From a bacterium (GTDB lineage Bacteria > Verrucomicrobiota > Lentisphaeria > Victivallales > GWF2-38-69), in assembly GCA_021781705.1 (NCBI GenBank), contig JAJXWI010000008.1, positions 179-64,178 on the forward strand: a stretch of DNA of 64,000 nt, written 5' to 3'. This document shows positions 30,332-40,323 of the stretch, one piece after another; within the stretch, counting starts at the first letter, position 1; every line of letters starts with the position of its first letter. The notes under the pieces are model-generated. The model was not told the DNA's origin. It searched no databases and saw only the letters and a list, made by a program, of their open reading frames with translations. A program made the position numbers and the translations under genes.

Positions 30332-30550
30332 TATTTCCCTCTTTTTTTAAATTGTTTTCCAATTTTCGAATTTATAATTGATAAATTGTTTTAATATAAT
30401 CAGGCTGAACACTCAGTTATAGCTGACGGGATAAAATTTTTGACGAATTTACTTGTTTTTATGCAAATTGAATTAATTTTGAAGCTGGCAGCATAATTCA
30501 TTTCTGATTCGCTTTAATGTGCCTTAGACGCCCCCTCCGCAAATATTCAC

Positions 30551-30637
30551 TAACGCTTTCCACGGGCTCACGCCCGTGGCTAGAGCATAAATATAATAGA
30601 CATATTACCCATGGATGTTAGCCCGCTGGAAGCGTTA
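30551..30637. other. GC-rich structured non-coding segment with two mutually exclusive pairings
   Basis: There is a perfect 8-bp hairpin CCACGGGC-TCAC-GCCCGTGG (30560-30579). The same 5' strand, extended to TAACGCTTTCCACGGGC (30551-30567), can instead pair with GCCCGCTGGAAGCGTTA (30621-30637; 10+5 bp around a 2x2 loop). It lies in the 548-nt gap between ugd and the 409-aa gene. Confidence 0.35.
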
Positions 30638-30712
30638 CCACATAAAAATCAAACCCTCATGCAGGGAGTGGCGATACTTTAAGTTTTTCGACAACACATT
30701 TCTCTGAAAAAT

Positions 30713-30731
30713 CTATGTGGCATCACATTAG
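30713..30731. repeat. Left copy of imperfect direct repeat CTATRTGGCATSACATTAG flanking the 409-aa gene
   Basis: CTATGTGGCATCACATTAG (30713-30731) matches CTATATGGCATGACATTAG (32449-32467) at 17 of 19 positions. Both copies are followed by an A-rich TAAAAACA stretch. Confidence 0.5.
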
Positions 30732-30879
30732 AGGGCATCTAAAAACAGGTAATTTTATAATAATAGTTGCTTATCTGACAAGTTTGTTTTTAGCCTTCTT
30801 TCTTAATATTGGAGCAGATTGACTTTAACTCTTTTGCTGTATAATAACTCTTTGGGAGAAAATAACAAAAGGAGAAAAA

Positions 30880-32109
30880 ATGCATCCTTCCAGAGAGGGA
30901 AATACATTTACAAAGTTTAAAAATGTGGTTGAGACTGTAATCAGAGAAATAGATTCTCTCGACAACGAGTATGTTTTGAAAGCATCACCGACAGAACTCG
31001 AACAATACTTCACAGAGAAGGTTCTGATCAAACCTTTGGTGCTCCACGAGGATAAGCAGTACATAAAAGATCAAACCGGCACTCAGATAGATGTAAGCCA
31101 TGATTTCAACAGAGTTGTCTTCCCAGGCGAAAGAGCTATTATCAAAGGAACAAGGGTGGATATTGCAATTCCATTTGAAGGCGACCCTGGGCTTTGGAGT
31201 ATTCAAGCATCCACATCCAGTATGAGGAGTTATCCTGAAATAGAGATTCGGAACAACGAGGTGGTCTTTAGCGTTAGCTTTCCTGACGATTCCCCTGAAC
31301 CAGACAGACTTCGTTCCGATATCCAAAAACGAATAAAATCACTGGTAGACGCTGTTGCCTACCTGAAAAGAGATGTGGATAATCACAACAGCTCAGCACC
31401 CACAAGAATCAGGGAAGCTCTTTCCCGTAAAACATCACGAGCCCAATCGGCAGTTGAAGCAGTTGCAGCTTTAGGTATTCTTATAAAGAAGAAAGATACT
31501 GAGCCAACATTCGCAATCCCAGCTAAACGGCGGGAGAGTCCAGCTAAGCGCCCAGCGGTGACAACTGGCAAATATGAACCCGAGCCAATCCTTGCCGAAA
31601 AGGAATACCAGCACATACTGGAAGTGCTAAAAAGCATGTCTCTCGTCATTGAACGTAATCCCTCTTCATTCGCCTCTCTTGATGAAGAAGCTATTAGAGA
31701 CCACTTTCTTCTTCAACTGAACGGTCATTACGAGGGTAGTGCTACCGGAGAGACATTTAATGCTTCTGGCAAAACAGACATATTGATTAGAGTAGAGAAT
31801 AAGAACGTATTCATAGCGGAATGCAAATTCTGGCACGGATCTAAAACATTCGAAGATGCCATTGATCAACTCTTGGGTTACCTTTCGTGGCGTGATTCGA
31901 AGTGTGCGCTTCTCGTCTTCAACAAGACAAAGGATTCGAGCGCTGTCCGTCATAAAATGCATGAGGTCATGGAATCACGATCCCAGCATCGTAAGACAGT
32001 GTTCCATCGACCAGACGGAGACTCGCAATATGTCCTAATAAAAGATTCTGATCCGGGCCGAGAAATCTCTATAACAACTCAACTGTATGATATGCCGAGT
32101 AAGGAATGA
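30880..32109 (+). CDS. Hypothetical protein with C-terminal PD-(D/E)xK (RecB/Shedu-like) nuclease core
   Basis: 409 aa with a strong RBS (AAGGAG, 30869-30874). The C-terminal motif series is GKTD300-ILIRVENKNVFIA-E314-C-K316 followed by Q330-LLG-Y334 (D...ExK...QxxxY). The N-terminal 280 aa was not recognisable to me. Visibly higher G+C than neighbouring genes. Confidence 0.6.
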   Translation: MHPSREGNTFTKFKNVVETVIREIDSLDNEYVLKASPTELEQYFTEKVLIKPLVLHEDKQYIKDQTGTQIDVSHDFNRVVFPGERAIIKGTRVDIAIPFEGDPGLWSIQASTSSMRSYPEIEIRNNEVVFSVSFPDDSPEPDRLRSDIQKRIKSLVDAVAYLKRDVDNHNSSAPTRIREALSRKTSRAQSAVEAVAALGILIKKKDTEPTFAIPAKRRESPAKRPAVTTGKYEPEPILAEKEYQHILEVLKSMSLVIERNPSSFASLDEEAIRDHFLLQLNGHYEGSATGETFNASGKTDILIRVENKNVFIAECKFWHGSKTFEDAIDQLLGYLSWRDSKCALLVFNKTKDSSAVRHKMHEVMESRSQHRKTVFHRPDGDSQYVLIKDSDPGREISITTQLYDMPSKE

Positions 32110-32164
32110 GCACGCCCCCCATAACAAGAGGAACTAAATCGCTTTTTCTTTAGGATAAAAAGAA

Positions 32165-32305
32165 AAAGTAAATGAATTAACAAGCCGGCTCAAAAATGAT
32201 AATATTGAAATATTGGACGGGTCAAGAGAAACTGGAAATGGATGCTATGAAACAGCGTTCATTGCCCCGGAAGGAAATAGAATTGAAATAACATCTTATA
32301 AGTAA
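32165..32305 (+). pseudogene. Remnant of a glyoxalase/VOC-family gene (C-terminal ~47 codons only)
   Basis: The frame reads ...KVNELTSRLKNDNIEILDGSRETGNGCYETAFIAPEGNRIEITSYK*. This is the typical VOC C-terminal beta-strand motif (F.DPEGN.IEI). There is no start codon or N-terminal half, and an in-frame stop lies just upstream. Confidence 0.45.
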
Positions 32306-32448
32306 GCCGTTTTTCCAAACATGCAACTGGTTCTGAGTTAGTTTTTATATTGTAAAACAATCCGCAACTTGTCAATAAGCTTCCACTTAATGTGGCTCAG
32401 ACGTAAAACACAACCGAGACACGGCTGTGCTCCATTGCCAAGATCAAC

Positions 32449-32467
32449 CTATATGGCATGACATTAG
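32449..32467. repeat. Right copy of imperfect direct repeat CTATRTGGCATSACATTAG
   Basis: See the left copy at 30713-30731. This copy lies 133 nt upstream of the eno start; the left copy lies 149 nt upstream of the 409-aa gene start. Confidence 0.5.
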
Positions 32468-32572
32468 TATTAAAAAACAAAACCTCATTTTTATATTGAA
32501 TTATTGAATTTATTAGTTTTGAATTTAGTGTTAAGAGTTAGTTAGGTTTCGTATTTAACGAGTTAAATTTAG

Positions 32573-33877
<1,305 letters not shown>

Positions 33878-33906
33878 TAAGATGAAAAATTAGAGTCTAT
33901 ACATAA

Positions 33907-33932
33907 GGAGAGGGCGGCCCCTCTTCTTTTTT
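33907..33932 (+). terminator. Rho-independent terminator downstream of eno
   Basis: Stem AGAGGG (33909-33914), loop CGGC, stem CCCTCT (33919-33924), then TCTTTTTTC. Confidence 0.7.
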
Positions 33933-34016
33933 CATTAATACATTGCGTAGAGAATTTGGCTCTGATTAAGTTTTACATTGTTTTGATTACGAAAGAGTAT
34001 AGTTAAAGAGTCGTTT

Positions 34017-35564
34017 TTATTCCCATTCAATAGTGCCTGGCGGTTTTGATGTAAGATCATAGACCACTCTATTTACTCCCTTTACCTCACTGACTATTCT
34101 GCTTGAGATTTTTTCAAGGAGAGCATATGGCATTTTTACCCAGTCCGCTGTCATTCCGTCGCTGCTTTCAACGATCCTGAGAGCTATGACATTATCATAG
34201 GTCCTTTCATCCCCCATTACGCCGACTGTTTTTACAGGTAATAAGACGGCAAAAGACTGCCAGACTTTGTAATAAAGGTTGGCTTTTTTCATTTCATCGA
34301 CGAGTATCTGGTCTGCTTCTCTAAGAATATCCAGGTCCTTTTTGGTAATTGCTCCCAGCAGCCTTACTGCAAGTCCGGGGCCTGGGAAAGGCTGGCGCAT
34401 AACCACTTCTTCTGGCATACCCAGCTCAGATCCAAGTTTTCTTACTTCGTCTTTGAAAAGGCAGCGGAGAGGCTCAATTAGTTTCAAATTCATTTTCTCA
34501 GGAAGCCCGCCCACATTATGGTGGCTTTTTATCATGGCGCTGGGGTTGCCGGCAATAGAAATACTTTCAATAACATCTGGGTAAGTTGTGCCTTGTGCAA
34601 GGAATTTAGCATCCTTTATTTTTGAGGCTTCCTCATCAAAGATACTTATAAACTCATGACCTATTATTTTGCGTTTTTGCTCAGGATCGGTTACACCTGC
34701 AAGCTTGTTCAGAAATCTTTCTTCTGCGTCTATATATCTTAAGTCCAGGTTGAAATTTTTTGCGTATAGACTTTGCACTCTTTCAGCTTCGTTTTTTCGC
34801 AGGACACCATTATTTACGAATATACATGTAAGCTGTTTTCCGATTGCTTCGTTTATAAGCATCGCTGCCACTGAAGAATCCACTCCGCCGCTCAGCGCAA
34901 GTATTACTTTATCATTCCCTACCATTTCTTTGATAGACTTTACAGCCACATCTATATAAGATTTCATTGTCCAGGTCTGTTTAGCGTCGCAAATTCCTAT
35001 GCAGAAGTTTTCAAGCATTTTAAACCCGTTTTCAGAATGGGATACTTCCGGATGAAATTGCACCCCATAGTATTTTTTGTCCGGACAAATTACGGCCGCA
35101 AACTCAGTGTTTAAAGTAGTGGCGATTGTTTTAAAAGTTTCTGGAAGTTGTTCAACTTTATCTCCATGGCTCATCCATACATTGAACTTACTCTGATTAA
35201 TTCCAGTAAATAGAGGGTTGGTTTTTTCTATATTTAATTCAGTGCGCCCATATTCACGGGAAGGACTTTTTGTTACTTTTCCCCCGAACATTTTTATCAT
35301 GAGTTGGAGGCCATAACAAATTCCCAAAACAGGAAGATTGAGATTAAATATTTTATGGTCGCAAGATGGCGAGTTATAATCAGTTACACTTGCTGGTCCG
35401 CCGCTTAGTATTATCCCTATAGGATTTTCTTCCAATATCTGCTCAGGCGTAGTGAAGTAAGGTAGTATTTTACTATAAATATTAAGATCACGTATTCTCC
35501 TGGCTATGAGTTGGCTGTATTGGGAACCAAAATCCAGGATGACGATTGTTTCGGGATTTTTCAT
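34017..35564 (-). CDS. guaA: GMP synthase (glutamine-hydrolysing)
   Basis: 515 aa. GATase Cys motif GICYGLQ, ATP-pyrophosphatase P-loop SGGVDSSV, and the C-terminus KPPGTIEWE. Confidence 0.97.
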   Translation of the reverse strand: MKNPETIVILDFGSQYSQLIARRIRDLNIYSKILPYFTTPEQILEENPIGIILSGGPASVTDYNSPSCDHKIFNLNLPVLGICYGLQLMIKMFGGKVTKSPSREYGRTELNIEKTNPLFTGINQSKFNVWMSHGDKVEQLPETFKTIATTLNTEFAAVICPDKKYYGVQFHPEVSHSENGFKMLENFCIGICDAKQTWTMKSYIDVAVKSIKEMVGNDKVILALSGGVDSSVAAMLINEAIGKQLTCIFVNNGVLRKNEAERVQSLYAKNFNLDLRYIDAEERFLNKLAGVTDPEQKRKIIGHEFISIFDEEASKIKDAKFLAQGTTYPDVIESISIAGNPSAMIKSHHNVGGLPEKMNLKLIEPLRCLFKDEVRKLGSELGMPEEVVMRQPFPGPGLAVRLLGAITKKDLDILREADQILVDEMKKANLYYKVWQSFAVLLPVKTVGVMGDERTYDNVIALRIVESSDGMTADWVKMPYALLEKISSRIVSEVKGVNRVVYDLTSKPPGTIEWE

Positions 35565-35570
35565 TTGTAC

Positions 35571-35822
35571 CTATAAGTATTTTTTAAATCTTGCGTTCTT
35601 TATAATACACATATTGTTGCATTTAGGACAAAGAGCGGTGTTTTCTCTCGGCTTCACCAAAAATGCATAACGACATTCATTGCACAAACATAATTTTCCC
35701 TCGGAAAGGGACCAATCTCTTATACCTGTTCTCCATGTTTCTCTCGCCCACAAAATTGTAAGGTAAACAAACCACAGTAGAACGTAGATAAAAAATATTA
35801 TTTCATAACTGACCGGTATCAT
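35571..35822 (-). CDS. Small membrane protein with C-terminal zinc-ribbon
   Basis: 83 aa: one N-terminal TM segment, then CLCNEC...CPKC. It is the last gene of the TPR-ExbB-ExbD string, with a 10-nt gap to the upstream ORF. Confidence 0.55.
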   Translation of the reverse strand: MIPVSYEIIFFIYVLLWFVYLTILWARETWRTGIRDWSLSEGKLCLCNECRYAFLVKPRENTALCPKCNNMCIIKNARFKKYL

Positions 35823-35832
35823 GGTTCATCCT

Positions 35833-36639
35833 TTATTTGTTGAGTTTTGTATATGGCGCCTGCCAATCTATTTTTAGGTAAATATTCTTCCCTGCCAGCT
35901 TTGTTTTTATATAATCAGGAAAATTCTGGACTGTTATTGTATCAATCCCTATTTTGTCAAGCTCATTTACTCCGCACGATTCTATAACAGCTCCGGATGG
36001 CAGCAGGGACTTATCCTCCGCATAATGCATTTTTAAAATAGTTGGAAAGGATGGGTTATATTTTTTTATCAGACTGTTTTTTTCTCCAAGATTAAAAAAA
36101 CATACATGCAAATTATATTCTCGATACAAATCTTCTACGCATGGATATGTTGTTAATTTACTCTGGCTTGCCGCTGAGAGCTTCATAGGAAAAAAGGCAA
36201 AGGGATAAGCCGCAATAGAATCAAAAAAATCTTTAATTGTATTATATTTGACAGGAATTTCAGGCACTTTCATTGAAGATAAAAATATGATTTGCGTCAG
36301 TAATTCAGTTTTATAATCGGAAACATTTTTGGGCGACGGCAAGGATATATCCTGCTTTATTATGGAAGAATATCCGAATTTATTGTTAGGATCTGTTATT
36401 AATCCAGAGTTTTCATTATTCATCCAGGCTACAAGTTCATTTATTCTAGTATTAGAATCTTGGAGGTTTAACGGGAGCATCATTATTTGTGGGCGTTGAG
36501 CCGGAGTCACGTCCGGCGGATCAGATTTTATCGGAATAAATATTGCAAACAAAATAAAGTGAACAGCAAGAGTCGTAGACACGGCAAATATCCATGATCT
36601 TGTGTTATCGTAAGTATTTTTTAGTGAATTTGCGTCCAT
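35833..36639 (-). CDS. Membrane-anchored hypothetical protein in the TonB position of an ExbBD operon
   Basis: 268 aa: N-terminal TM containing His (TLAVHFILFAIF), then a Pro-rich stretch DPPDVTPAQRPQ. It immediately follows exbD (stop and start abut). The C-terminal domain is not clearly TonB_C. Confidence 0.5.
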   Translation of the reverse strand: MDANSLKNTYDNTRSWIFAVSTTLAVHFILFAIFIPIKSDPPDVTPAQRPQIMMLPLNLQDSNTRINELVAWMNNENSGLITDPNNKFGYSSIIKQDISLPSPKNVSDYKTELLTQIIFLSSMKVPEIPVKYNTIKDFFDSIAAYPFAFFPMKLSAASQSKLTTYPCVEDLYREYNLHVCFFNLGEKNSLIKKYNPSFPTILKMHYAEDKSLLPSGAVIESCGVNELDKIGIDTITVQNFPDYIKTKLAGKNIYLKIDWQAPYTKLNK

Positions 36640-37077
36640 TTAATTAGTTTTTTCAAAGGGTACCTGATACGTGCTGTTTGACTTTGAAGAGTCTACGGCA
36701 AGATAGACATTTAAGTCCAAACTATTTGCAAGCGATAAAATTTTTGCAACAGCCCCCTGCGGAGCATTCTGATCTGCCTGTAGAATTATGCTGTCTACCT
36801 CATATCTGGATACTATATTTGCAAGTTGCTCTTTTACTGTTTTAAGATCCATGACCTGATCATTAAAATAATAATTCTGATTTTTATCTATTGTTACAAC
36901 TAGCTTTTCTGCGCTAATGGGCTGGCCGGGAAGAGGCGGCAGTTCAATATTAATAGCCGAAACTTGAACAAAAGAACTGTTGAGCATAAGAAATATCAAC
37001 AGCAGGAAAAATATATTTATAAATGGGATATAGTTATAATTTCCTTCTAAAATTTTCAGTTTTGTACTGATTTTCAC
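36640..37077 (-). CDS. exbD: ExbD/TolR-family biopolymer transport protein
   Basis: 145 aa with a single N-terminal TM and a periplasmic domain, positioned downstream of the ExbB-like gene. Confidence 0.8.
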   Translation of the reverse strand: MKISTKLKILEGNYNYIPFINIFFLLLIFLMLNSSFVQVSAINIELPPLPGQPISAEKLVVTIDKNQNYYFNDQVMDLKTVKEQLANIVSRYEVDSIILQADQNAPQGAVAKILSLANSLDLNVYLAVDSSKSNSTYQVPFEKTN

Positions 37078-37086
37078 GAGTTCACC

Positions 37087-37749
37087 TTACTTTTTTATGG
37101 AACTGCCATTAGGATTTTTAGTCTCATCTACGGAAATATTGTGAGACGTGAAAAAATAAATAATTTCAGAGGAGGCTTTGTCAATTTCCGTTACTATGGT
37201 TTGTATTCTGGAAACAAGATAATTGTAAGCAATGTTGCAGGGGATAGCTACGCAAAGCCCGGCTGCCGTCGTCAATAGCGCCTTCCATATTGCCGTGGAT
37301 AGCCCTAGAGCATTGATGAAAGCCACCTTTACTTGAATGATCTGGAAAGCATCTATCATGCCCAATACCGTTCCAAGCAATCCGAGCATTGGCGCTATAT
37401 ACGCTATTGTTGCTATTATGTTCATTCGTCTTTCCATTCTTGGTATCTCATCAAGTGATGCATTTATTGCCGCTTGTTTGAGGTCTTTGTCATTCTGAGC
37501 GTATCTCAAAATTACAGCTCTGAGAACATGGGATACAGGGCCGGGAGTTTCTTCACAAAGGCTTATGGCTTCGAGAATATTCCCTTTTTTTAAAACATTT
37601 ATAAGGCCGTTTAATAATTCTCCTACATTTATTTGGGCTCTATGCAAGTGAAACCATCTTTCGAGTATTATAAGCAAAGCTACAATACTGCAGAAAATAA
37701 TTAACCACATTACTGGTCCCCCATACTGAAGGATATTGGTGAAAAGCAT
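37087..37749 (-). CDS. exbB: MotA/TolQ/ExbB-family proton channel
   Basis: 220 aa, 3 TM segments, with the conserved C-terminal region APMLGLLGTVLGMI...A..TTAAGL. Confidence 0.85.
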   Translation of the reverse strand: MLFTNILQYGGPVMWLIIFCSIVALLIILERWFHLHRAQINVGELLNGLINVLKKGNILEAISLCEETPGPVSHVLRAVILRYAQNDKDLKQAAINASLDEIPRMERRMNIIATIAYIAPMLGLLGTVLGMIDAFQIIQVKVAFINALGLSTAIWKALLTTAAGLCVAIPCNIAYNYLVSRIQTIVTEIDKASSEIIYFFTSHNISVDETKNPNGSSIKK

Positions 37750-37754
37750 AATTT

Positions 37755-40310
37755 TTACTCCTTTAGCTTGTATAAACTTCTAATTTCATCAATTCTCTGT
37801 TGAAAATCAGAGACGGGTTCTATATTAAATTTTATCAACTCATTTAGCGTTTTTATCGCAGCCTCAGCGCCTTCCGGTGTATTTTTTTCCTGGAGCAGTC
37901 TTACTAGCGCGATTGCGCTTTTAACCATCCAGATTTTTGAAGGATTTTTTTCCTGTTCCATACAAATTATATTTGAATAGAAGGCTTCGTGGTAAGCCTC
38001 TATAGCTTTTTCCATATCTTCCGAAAGTTCATAAGATTTACCCAATTTGTATAGTGTTTGGGTTTTTATAAAAATTGAAAGATTTTTTTCACTTAATACC
38101 TTCTTGTAGCTGGTAATTGCATCCTGAAGAGCTTGTTTTTTGTCTTGAACATAGTTTAAAGTGGCAAAATAGCAATCTCCGATTCTTCCGGTGGAAGCTA
38201 TTACCAAATCTTCACTGTTGGCTTTAGTATATGCTTCATTATACGAAGCTATGGCATCTGGATATTTTCCTAATGACGATAGTATGTTTCCCTGTAGAAA
38301 ATAAGAGGCTGAAATAATTGCGCTGTCAGGATACCTGCCCTGAAGAACTTGAAGAGTCTGTAGCGCATTAACGCTGTTTCCAGCTTCGTAATGGGCGTTA
38401 GCTTGTTTAAAGTATGCATTGGATATTACTGAAGCATCCTTATTTGAATCAATAATTGCCTGAAGTTTTTTTACTGCTTCGTTGAATTGCCTGTTTGCTT
38501 GATAATAATTGGCAAGCCAGAACTGAGCCTGAACAGAACTGTCCGTGTCGGGATAAATTTTTGACAGCAATTCGGCATATTTTGCTGCTTTGTCGAAATT
38601 ATTAAGGAGCAAATTTGCATATACAAGTTTATAAAGCGTCTCTTTTTCCACGATAGTGTTTTTGTAGTCGCTGATTATTTTTTCGAAATATTCGACGGCT
38701 ATATCCGGTTTCTGTATAGTCAGGGCTGTTGAGCCTGCTTCATAATAGGCAGTGCCGGCATTTCCTGCGTTTGAGTTATTCTTGGCATAAGTTATAAACT
38801 GGTCGATTGCTTGCTGGTATTCACCAACTTTTTCTAAAGTTATAGCGTACATAAATAGAGGAGAAGGTTCCATCTTACTGTTGGGAAATTCTGTTAGTAG
38901 TATTTTAAGCGTTTTTGCAGCTTCTATATATTTGTCTTGAGCTATGTATATCTGCGATTCTTTAAAGAGAGAGCATTCTTTCAGAAATGGAAAATCTTTT
39001 TCTATAGATTGATACTGCCCCATTGCGGAGGCATAATCTTTTCTGTTGAAGTCTATTTCTGCTTTCCAATATTTTGCGCTGCCCGCGTATTTTGCATCTT
39101 TTGTATTATTGATTATGTAGTCAAAAAAGTCTTTCGCATTGTCATATTGCTTGAGTTCTAGTGCGTTTTTGCCGAATAGCTCAGCCAAACTCAGAACATC
39201 AGGATCTTTTGAAGGAGAGAAAGAGAAGTATTTATCCGCCAGTTCTCCTATTCCGGTAAATTGTTTTTCTTTTATCATTGCTGATGACAATGTAAGCAGT
39301 ATTTTTGCTCGGATATTGGAGTTTGGAAATGTATCCAAGAACATTTTTGAAACGCTGATAGCCTGTTCGTAATTGTGCAAGCTTACGAGATTGTTTATTT
39401 TGAGAATAGTAGCTTGTTCTCTTTCATACATGTCGGGAGCTAACGCAAAAGCGTCATCTATAATAGTCATTGCGGCGTCAGGCTGCGAATTTTTTATATG
39501 CGCAACTGCGAGCGAATAAACAACAAAATACCAAAGCTGGTCGGGGCCGAGTGATTTAGGGCGTATTTTGTCGTAAATGGATCTAGCTTCTTTCATGTTT
39601 CCTTCTGAAGCAAGCGCATAGATGTTTAGCATATCCAGTTTTGTTGCATTAGCCTCTTCATTTTTAGATTCTGATGCTATGATTAGTTTTGCTTCTTTAT
39701 AATTTCCGTTTAGCAGATCTATCATGATGATTTCTTCTATCGCTACATTGGCAAGCTCAACATTTTTTTTCTTTGAAGCATAATCTTTTAGCCTCAAAAA
39801 CAGCATCCTTGCTTTTGTGATATTACCCATCCTCAGGAGAGAAATTGCCTCCCCTTGCAATGCGTTAAGAGATACTTCATCTGTAGGATCTGTGGACTCA
39901 TTTAATAAATCATTGAAAATCTTGCTCGCCTCGCCCAGTTTCCCCTCAGCCAGAATAATTTGAGCTTCCCAAAATTTTAGTTTCTGCTTGTCTTCCGGGT
40001 GATTTGAATAGTATTGTTCAAACTTTATTGATATTTCATTATAAAGCCGTTTGGCTTCGCTTATGTTATTTGAACGAAGACAGGTTGATACAAGGCAATA
40101 ATAGGCATCTCTTATAGCTGGCGAATCCCCCGTGGCTTCTTTGAGGTAATTTTCATAGTAATTCATTGCCACGTCATAAAGCCCGCTGTCGAAGGCTTTA
40201 TCTCCCAGCAGTCTTTTTTGATACTGTGCGCTTGGGGCGCTTTCTCCGTGACTGCAAAAAGGGAAAATAAGCAAGCTGAAAAGAACTAATTTTAGAGCCT
40301 TTTTAAACAT
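37755..40310 (-). CDS. Secreted tetratricopeptide-repeat (TPR) protein
   Basis: 851 aa with a signal-like N-terminus. Many 34-aa repeats with the A..Y/F...G....A pattern run throughout. Confidence 0.8.
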   Translation of the reverse strand: MFKKALKLVLFSLLIFPFCSHGESAPSAQYQKRLLGDKAFDSGLYDVAMNYYENYLKEATGDSPAIRDAYYCLVSTCLRSNNISEAKRLYNEISIKFEQYYSNHPEDKQKLKFWEAQIILAEGKLGEASKIFNDLLNESTDPTDEVSLNALQGEAISLLRMGNITKARMLFLRLKDYASKKKNVELANVAIEEIIMIDLLNGNYKEAKLIIASESKNEEANATKLDMLNIYALASEGNMKEARSIYDKIRPKSLGPDQLWYFVVYSLAVAHIKNSQPDAAMTIIDDAFALAPDMYEREQATILKINNLVSLHNYEQAISVSKMFLDTFPNSNIRAKILLTLSSAMIKEKQFTGIGELADKYFSFSPSKDPDVLSLAELFGKNALELKQYDNAKDFFDYIINNTKDAKYAGSAKYWKAEIDFNRKDYASAMGQYQSIEKDFPFLKECSLFKESQIYIAQDKYIEAAKTLKILLTEFPNSKMEPSPLFMYAITLEKVGEYQQAIDQFITYAKNNSNAGNAGTAYYEAGSTALTIQKPDIAVEYFEKIISDYKNTIVEKETLYKLVYANLLLNNFDKAAKYAELLSKIYPDTDSSVQAQFWLANYYQANRQFNEAVKKLQAIIDSNKDASVISNAYFKQANAHYEAGNSVNALQTLQVLQGRYPDSAIISASYFLQGNILSSLGKYPDAIASYNEAYTKANSEDLVIASTGRIGDCYFATLNYVQDKKQALQDAITSYKKVLSEKNLSIFIKTQTLYKLGKSYELSEDMEKAIEAYHEAFYSNIICMEQEKNPSKIWMVKSAIALVRLLQEKNTPEGAEAAIKTLNELIKFNIEPVSDFQQRIDEIRSLYKLKE

Positions 40311-40323
40311 GGGAAAAGATTAA

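Noticed and set aside
30560-30640. tRNA-like reading of GGGCTCACGCCCGTGGCTAGAGCAT... (D-loop-like GGCTAGAGC, 5-bp AATAT/ATATT stem with a 7-nt loop)
   Set aside because: The D-loop would be too long, position 33 of the putative anticodon loop is A rather than U, and there is no T-arm (GTTCRANYC) or acceptor pairing. At best it is a decayed relic.
30717-30731. Sigma-54 promoter reading of TGGCAT in the direct repeats
   Set aside because: The -24-like TGGCAT is not followed at the correct spacing by a TTGC/-12 element in either copy.
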